From Flavobacteriales bacterium (GTDB lineage: Bacteria; Bacteroidota; Bacteroidia; UBA10329): a stretch of 64,000 nt of DNA. The number at the start of each line of letters is the position of its first letter. Position 1 is the first letter of the stretch. The position numbers and the translations under genes were made by a program. Location: positions 46,064 to 110,063 of the forward strand of contig WGMW01000013.1 in NCBI GenBank assembly GCA_016124845.1. Reading direction: 5' to 3'. Under the pieces are notes generated by a model, which was given only the letters and a program-made list of their open reading frames with translations, made no database searches and was not told the origin of the DNA. Of this stretch, positions 58,714-64,000 are shown piece by piece.

Positions 58714-59661
58714 TTAACGGTTACCGCTCTTCATTCGGGCGATCAGACTTTTTAACAGACTTCCACCCGGAAGGTTGTAGAGGAACGTGACCACTTTGGC
58801 CGAATTCCTTGGATTGCCTGGGTATTTCATAAGGAAAGAAAGTATGGCCGTGAGCAGCTTCCCGCGCTGCCCAGAACGTTCGAAATACCGCAACTGTAGC
58901 TCATCCAAACCCCGTTTTCTGTCTTTGATGAAAGGTGGGGAAAGCTGTTTGCGAATCGTAGGATTGTCCAACATCAGTTTAAATGCCTCCATGCGTGGTG
59001 TGATGTTGTCGTTGACCTCCTTGTCGGTATTACCCCCATGCACGCGCAACTTGGCCGTGTGTAGGCCAATGCCAACCACGGGACAATGGGCTGCAATTCG
59101 GACCCAAAGTTCCACATCCTCGTTGATGAAGAGTTTCGGGTTGAATAGGTCTTTCTGCAGGATCTCGCGATGGATGCAAACACAATCGGGCGCAAACTGG
59201 TTGGCGATGACGTACTCAACATCCGAAGAGAACGTGTCTCTTGCCGCGTATTGCACCAAATGTTCGGGCGAGCCATCATCGTAGAACCAAATAAGTCCCG
59301 CATGGAAAAAGGTCGGGTTTTCGTGTTTGGCAGTAGCTTGATGAATGGTTTCCAAGTGCTTCGGCAGCCACACATCATCGCTGTCCAGAAAACAGATGTA
59401 TTCGCCTTTGGCTGCTTCTATCCCCACATTCCGCGCAACGCTTCGGCCTTTGTTTTCCTGTTTGATGTAGAGGATGCGACTGTCGGCTTCAAGTATAGGT
59501 TTCAGCAGTTCTTCCGTACCATCGGTAGAGCCGTCATCTACGATAATGTGTTCGTGATCGGAGAAGGTCTGCGCCTGCACGCTGGCGATCATTTCCTCCA
59601 AGAAATGGGCACGGTTGAAGGTGGGTGTGATGATGCTGAAGAATGGCCGTTCGTGGCTCAT
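58714..59661 (-). CDS. GT2 family glycosyltransferase
   Basis: FSIITPTFNRAHFLEEMIASVQAQTF...IIVDDGSTDGT. Confidence 0.8.
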   Translation of the reverse strand: MSHERPFFSIITPTFNRAHFLEEMIASVQAQTFSDHEHIIVDDGSTDGTEELLKPILEADSRILYIKQENKGRSVARNVGIEAAKGEYICFLDSDDVWLPKHLETIHQATAKHENPTFFHAGLIWFYDDGSPEHLVQYAARDTFSSDVEYVIANQFAPDCVCIHREILQKDLFNPKLFINEDVELWVRIAAHCPVVGIGLHTAKLRVHGGNTDKEVNDNITPRMEAFKLMLDNPTIRKQLSPPFIKDRKRGLDELQLRYFERSGQRGKLLTAILSFLMKYPGNPRNSAKVVTFLYNLPGGSLLKSLIARMKSGNR

Positions 59662-60629
59662 GGCTTCGGTTCGTTGTAAACCACCTGCAGCACCGTTTGT
59701 CCCACGGCTTTCAACGTTTCGCGGTCTATCACCGAAAGGTTGTCATCGTGTGTATGCCAGTACTCCCCGAACCGCGAGGCTGTGCTTGCTTCATGCTGAA
59801 TGATGTCGATGCTCGGGATCTTCGCAAACTGGTTCAGGTTGGCGTGGTCGTCCATGATCTCCCATGTGCGGTTGTACTGAAAATGATGTCCGAAACCGAG
59901 TTGATGCCCCATGTCCCAAACGGTGTAAACCACCTCGGGCGCGTGATGCATCGAATTCGCATCTAACGTGAAAATGGCATCCTTGGCACCCACCATGTCC
60001 AGTAGAATTCCGAAGCGATATTTGGTGCTGTCTGCGCGATTGGACCAATAGTAGGAGCCACGGCAATATCCGTGATCGAGCGGGTCGTCATAGTTGTCGT
60101 TGGAAGGTCTGCCTTGGTCTTCCATGTCGAAGAAAACGATGTCAATGCCCACTTCGGGAGTTTGCTGCGCCATGCAGCGCGCCATTTCCAGAAGAATGGC
60201 AACACCACTCGCGTTATCGTTGGCGCCTTCTATCGGTTGGTCCGAATTCTCATCATCCTGATCGGCAATATGGCGACTGTCCCAATGCGCGCACAGCAGA
60301 ATGCGGTTTCCAAGTTCTGGATTGATCGATCCTTGGATGTTCCGCAGCGGAAGCATTCTGTCTGCATAGACCACAATGGTGTCTTTCTGCTCTGTCACTT
60401 CAAAACCGTAACGCGTCAAGGTGTTCGCCAGAAAATTGCCGCAGCTATCATGGCCTGCCAGCCCTGGAATGCGCGGCCCGAAAGCCAATTGCTGCTCAAT
60501 GAACTGGTAGGCGGAATCTTCGTTGAAGGTTGGAGCAGACTTCAATTCAACAACCGCAGGTGTGCGCCTATTGGGGTTGCAGCCCGCAAAAACGAGAAAC
60601 AGAAGACCGATGGAGGCAAGCCTACGCAT
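59658..60629 (-). CDS. M28 family peptidase (aminopeptidase/glutaminyl-cyclase-like), lipoprotein
   Basis: Start [17 protein letters not shown]. Zn-binding [12 protein letters not shown]..., [16 protein letters not shown] motifs. Confidence 0.8.
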   Translation of the reverse strand: MRRLASIGLLFLVFAGCNPNRRTPAVVELKSAPTFNEDSAYQFIEQQLAFGPRIPGLAGHDSCGNFLANTLTRYGFEVTEQKDTIVVYADRMLPLRNIQGSINPELGNRILLCAHWDSRHIADQDDENSDQPIEGANDNASGVAILLEMARCMAQQTPEVGIDIVFFDMEDQGRPSNDNYDDPLDHGYCRGSYYWSNRADSTKYRFGILLDMVGAKDAIFTLDANSMHHAPEVVYTVWDMGHQLGFGHHFQYNRTWEIMDDHANLNQFAKIPSIDIIQHEASTASRFGEYWHTHDDNLSVIDRETLKAVGQTVLQVVYNEPKP

Positions 60630-62115
60630 CGGCCTGCCAATCGGCTCCGTCCTTGCCGTCCATAATGGTAATACCAACAGCTTTCAGCTTATTGCGGATG
60701 GCATCGGCAGTCGCATAATCCTTATTCTGCTTGGCCGAACCACGCAGATCGAGCAATACGTCCATCACATCATTCAGAACGGAGGCGCTGTTGTCGTTCT
60801 CTGCGCCCGCATCCAGACCGAGCACATCACAGAAATACGACTCATAGATCTGGCCGATAGCCGCAAACTGAGCCACACTCGGAATGTCCTTTTCCTGCTT
60901 GTTCTTCAAGCCGTTCACGTAAGACGCCATGTCAAACAGCGTGGCGATCAACTGGGCCGTGTTCAGGTCATCGTTCATGGAAGACGCGCATGCTTCTTCC
61001 CAATCAGCAATTCGCGAAGCAACAGCTGCATTGTCGTCACCACCATCAAACGTCATCGAATGCAGCGTTTTCAATGCGGCTTTCAATTTCTGATAGCCTT
61101 TCTGCGCGGCAAGCAACGGTTCGTTGCCGAAATCGAGCGTGCTTCGGTAATGCGCCTGTAGAATGAAGAAACGGATGGTCAGCGGGTCATACGCCTGATC
61201 CAATAGTTCATGGTCGCCCGAAAAGAACTGATGCAGCATGATGGTGTTGCCCAACGACTTGGCCATTTTCTGCCCGTTCAGCGTGATCATATTATTGTGC
61301 AGCCAGTAGCGCACGGGCTCCGTTCCATTGGAACCGACCGATTGCGCGATCTCGCACTCGTGGTGCGGAAACAGAAGGTCCAATCCGCCACCGTGAATAT
61401 CGAAGGTCTCGCCCAAGTATTTGCTGCTCATCACCGAGCACTCAATGTGCCAGCCAGGAAAACCATCGCTCCAAGGCGAAGGCCATCGCATAATGTGTTC
61501 TGGCGAAGCCTTTTTCCACAGCGCGAAATCCAACGAACTTCGTTTCTCTTCCTGTCCGTCAAGGTCGCGCGTGTTCGATTGCAGATCCTCGATCTTTCTT
61601 CCCGAAAGCTTCCCGTAGTTGTGCTCCTTGGCGTATTTCTCCACATCAAAATACACCGAACCGTTCGATACGTACGCAAACCCATTGTCAAGTAGCTTCT
61701 GCGTCATGCCTATCTGCTCAATGATGTGTCCAGAGGCCTGCGGTTCAATGCTTGGGTGGAGGTTATTCAGCGCATCCATGTCGCTGTGGTAGCGGTCCTT
61801 GTAATACTGCACCACTTCCATCGGCTCCAATTGCTCCAAGCGAGCCTTCTTAGCCACCTTGTCCTCACCATGGTCGGCATCATTCTCCAAATGGCCTACA
61901 TCGGTAATGTTGCGCACGTAGCGCACCTTGTAACCAAGATGTTTCAGATAGCGGAAAACGATATCGAACGTAATGGCAGAGCGGGCGTGACCCAGATGCG
62001 CATCGCCATAGACGGTGGGCCCACAGACGTACATCCCAACAAACGGAGGGTTTGCAGGAACGAATTCTTCCTTCTTGCGTGTAATGGTATTGTAAAAGTG
62101 AAGCGTGCTACTCAT
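60622..62115 (-). CDS. cysS: cysteine--tRNA ligase
   Basis: HIGH (HLGHARS) and KMSKS-type (KMAKS) motifs. 497 aa. Confidence 0.92.
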   Translation of the reverse strand: MSSTLHFYNTITRKKEEFVPANPPFVGMYVCGPTVYGDAHLGHARSAITFDIVFRYLKHLGYKVRYVRNITDVGHLENDADHGEDKVAKKARLEQLEPMEVVQYYKDRYHSDMDALNNLHPSIEPQASGHIIEQIGMTQKLLDNGFAYVSNGSVYFDVEKYAKEHNYGKLSGRKIEDLQSNTRDLDGQEEKRSSLDFALWKKASPEHIMRWPSPWSDGFPGWHIECSVMSSKYLGETFDIHGGGLDLLFPHHECEIAQSVGSNGTEPVRYWLHNNMITLNGQKMAKSLGNTIMLHQFFSGDHELLDQAYDPLTIRFFILQAHYRSTLDFGNEPLLAAQKGYQKLKAALKTLHSMTFDGGDDNAAVASRIADWEEACASSMNDDLNTAQLIATLFDMASYVNGLKNKQEKDIPSVAQFAAIGQIYESYFCDVLGLDAGAENDNSASVLNDVMDVLLDLRGSAKQNKDYATADAIRNKLKAVGITIMDGKDGADWQADA

Positions 62116-62152
62116 CGTCTGTTACGTGAGCCGCAAAGATAGGCCAACAGCG

Positions 62153-63022
62153 TTAGTCGATCGCCTCTTCTCCGATCCTTTTGCCGCCCTCGTAAATGAT
62201 GGCCTTCACAACCTTGCCGTTCTCATACACATAGACCTTGCCTTCCACCAGCTTTTTGTCCTTGAAGGTGCCTTCTTTGGAAACGGTTCCGTCAGGATTC
62301 ATCAACTTGTTGTAGCCGTCCACAATTTCACCTCGGCCAAGTTGTCTCGGTTGCGGTTTCCCAGAATACTTCTTGATGTTCTCATCGTATTCCTTGCCTT
62401 CCACCAGATTCACGGTCTTTTCAGGGATCACGCTTCCATCATCAAAATAGCGCTTCGCCTTAATGGAGCCGTCTTCGTAATATTCCACCAGTTCGCCCGC
62501 TTCTTTACCGCCTTTCCATTCGCCTATGTACATCAGCATGCCGTTCTCATGGAAGTAGAGCTGCTGCCCCTCACGCTTGCCCGACTCATTGTAATTCCAA
62601 TCGTACTTCAGCGTGCCATCCTCAAAATAGTATTTGTACTCGCCCGCCCAGCGGTTCATTTTCCAAATGCCCTCTTCCTGTAGCTGGCCGCTACGATAGT
62701 AGATCTTGGCGTAGCCGTTGGCAATGTTGTTGGCAAAGGTCAGTTCGTGCTTCTTATTTCCGTTCGGGTAGTATTTGGTCCAGATGCCTGTTTTTTTGTT
62801 GTTCAGGTATTCGCCCTCCTCCACCAACTGGTTCGCCTCATAGCCCTTATACTTCCCGTCATCGTTATACACCTTCCACCAACCCTGCTTCTGGTTGTTG
62901 GCATCGCGCTGGTTCAGCGTGTCTCCAGAGGTCGTTCCAGACGTCTGCCCGAAGGAGACGAGGAATGTGGTCAGTAGCAATAGATGAGTGAGTAGACTTT
63001 TCGCTGTCATGTTTCTTACCAT
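62153..63022 (-). CDS. secreted MORN-variant repeat protein (YwqK-like family)
   Basis: Signal peptide. Repeated G.Y..Y..NG..K.EG.Y..G.K.G.W MORN-like units. Confidence 0.6.
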   Translation of the reverse strand: MVRNMTAKSLLTHLLLLTTFLVSFGQTSGTTSGDTLNQRDANNQKQGWWKVYNDDGKYKGYEANQLVEEGEYLNNKKTGIWTKYYPNGNKKHELTFANNIANGYAKIYYRSGQLQEEGIWKMNRWAGEYKYYFEDGTLKYDWNYNESGKREGQQLYFHENGMLMYIGEWKGGKEAGELVEYYEDGSIKAKRYFDDGSVIPEKTVNLVEGKEYDENIKKYSGKPQPRQLGRGEIVDGYNKLMNPDGTVSKEGTFKDKKLVEGKVYVYENGKVVKAIIYEGGKRIGEEAID

Positions 63023-63123
63023 GATGGTCGGCTTACGGCAAACACCCGATTTTGTTCCAAGTTGTTGGTCGATTATCGTGACAGAGGTCGTATCATTGGG
63101 CGGATTTGTACCTTTAGTGACAA

Positions 63124-63504
63124 ATGGAGAAGTGGATCATAGAGGCAACTGACCGCACGCCCAGTGTGGTGCTCGATCGTCAGGAATCGACCCTGCGTAT
63201 TGAAGGTCGTTCGTACCCCGAAGAAGGCATGGACTTCTTCGACCCGATCATTCTGCGCTTCAAAACATTGGAGGATTCCCAAACACCAATCCGCATGGTG
63301 CATGTGCGGTTGGAGTACTACAACTCATCCACCACCAAGGCGTTGGCCGAACTTTTTACCGCCCTCGTAAAGGCCAAGGGGCATGGGTTCGATGTAAAGG
63401 TCATTTGGGAGTTTGAGGAGGAGGATGATGGCATTCAGGAAGACATCGACATGTTCATCGACACGTTCGATCTGCCATTCGAGATCCGTTACACGCACTT
63501 CTAA
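63124..63504 (+). CDS. DUF1987/SiaC-family protein
   Basis: 126 aa. MEKWIIEATDRTPSVVLDRQESTLRIEGRSYPEEGMDFFDPI... matches the conserved N-terminal pattern of SiaC-like proteins. Confidence 0.6.
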   Translation: MEKWIIEATDRTPSVVLDRQESTLRIEGRSYPEEGMDFFDPIILRFKTLEDSQTPIRMVHVRLEYYNSSTTKALAELFTALVKAKGHGFDVKVIWEFEEEDDGIQEDIDMFIDTFDLPFEIRYTHF

Positions 63505-64000
63505 CCGATGTGTTCCGCCAAGTGGTGGAGCATGTCCTCGGTCATCATTTCCAACGTGAATTCTGTTTTCCAGCCCCAATCTTCACGTGCGGCCGAATCG
63601 TCAATGGAACTTGGCCAACCATCGGCAATGGCCTGTCTGAAATCGGGTTTGTAGCTAATGCTGAGAGCAGGAACGTGTTTTTGGATCTCCCGCGCCAATT
63701 CCGCAGGAGTAAAATCAAACCCTGATACATTATAGCTCGAACGGATCTTCACCGCCTTGCTGGGCGCTTCCATAATACCGATGGTGGCCTTGATGGCATC
63801 GGGCATGTACATCATCGGCAGCCGCGTATTCTCAGATAAAAAGCACTCGAAAGGTTGCCCCAAAACGGCCTTGTGAAAAATGTCTACCGCATAATCCGTA
63901 GTGCCTCCGCCCGGGTTGCTTTTATAGCCGATAAGCCCCGGATAACGCAAACTGCGAACATCCACCCCGTAACGGTTGTGGTAATACTCACACCAACGCT
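63501..64000 (-). CDS. NAD-dependent epimerase/dehydratase family protein (L-threonine 3-dehydrogenase-like), C-terminal part; gene continues past window end
   Basis: C-terminal region of extended-SDR fold. ORF is open to the window edge. Confidence 0.6.
   Translation of the reverse strand, partial: RWCEYYHNRYGVDVRSLRYPGLIGYKSNPGGGTTDYAVDIFHKAVLGQPFECFLSENTRLPMMYMPDAIKATIGIMEAPSKAVKIRSSYNVSGFDFTPAELAREIQKHVPALSISYKPDFRQAIADGWPSSIDDSAAREDWGWKTEFTLEMMTEDMLHHLAEHIG

Overview
The window is a 64 kb chromosomal segment that appears to come from a Bacteroidota genome (Flavobacteriia/Cytophagia-like gene content, about 50% GC). It is dense with single-copy housekeeping genes: holB, a PSP1/RicT-like gene, a GldH-like lipoprotein, a class A PBP, scoAB, lepA, tRNA-Gln(UUG), purD, trpS, plsC, gatC, lysS, lipB, pheS, pgk, pyrC, cysS, an acyl-CoA carboxylase beta subunit, a two-component system and several glycosyltransferases and peptidases. 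No integrase, transposase, CRISPR array or rRNA gene was seen.

The more notable observations are:

- **Two small cargo insertions at the 3' ends of housekeeping genes.** Each is followed by a degenerate second copy (about 80% identity) of the last 40-55 nt of the host gene it abuts.
  - The first is a 2.2 kb type II restriction-modification cassette after gatC. It encodes a C5-cytosine methyltransferase with an N-terminal regulatory HTH domain and a PD-(D/E)XK endonuclease.
  - The second is a single gene after a proline iminopeptidase gene. It encodes a roughly 215-aa protein with atypical protein-kinase catalytic motifs.
  - The shared architecture and the absence of a recombinase suggest one insertion mechanism delivering defence-type cargo. 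The kinase-like singleton is the best candidate for an undescribed defence or conflict gene.
- **An NfeD - flotillin - TerB-like operon.**
- **A bacillithiol-type redox trio:** bacilliredoxin, nitroreductase and YtxJ.
- **A family of about 35-bp palindromic REP-like elements** (GCCTTCGGC hairpin plus a TCTCCCC/GGGGAGA hairpin). They sit immediately downstream of stop codons, and once in the lysS / CocE-family hydrolase (37985..39958) divergent region.
- **A large secreted repeat protein** with a Cys/Tyr-rich C-terminus.
- **Several short inverted or direct repeats in promoter regions.**
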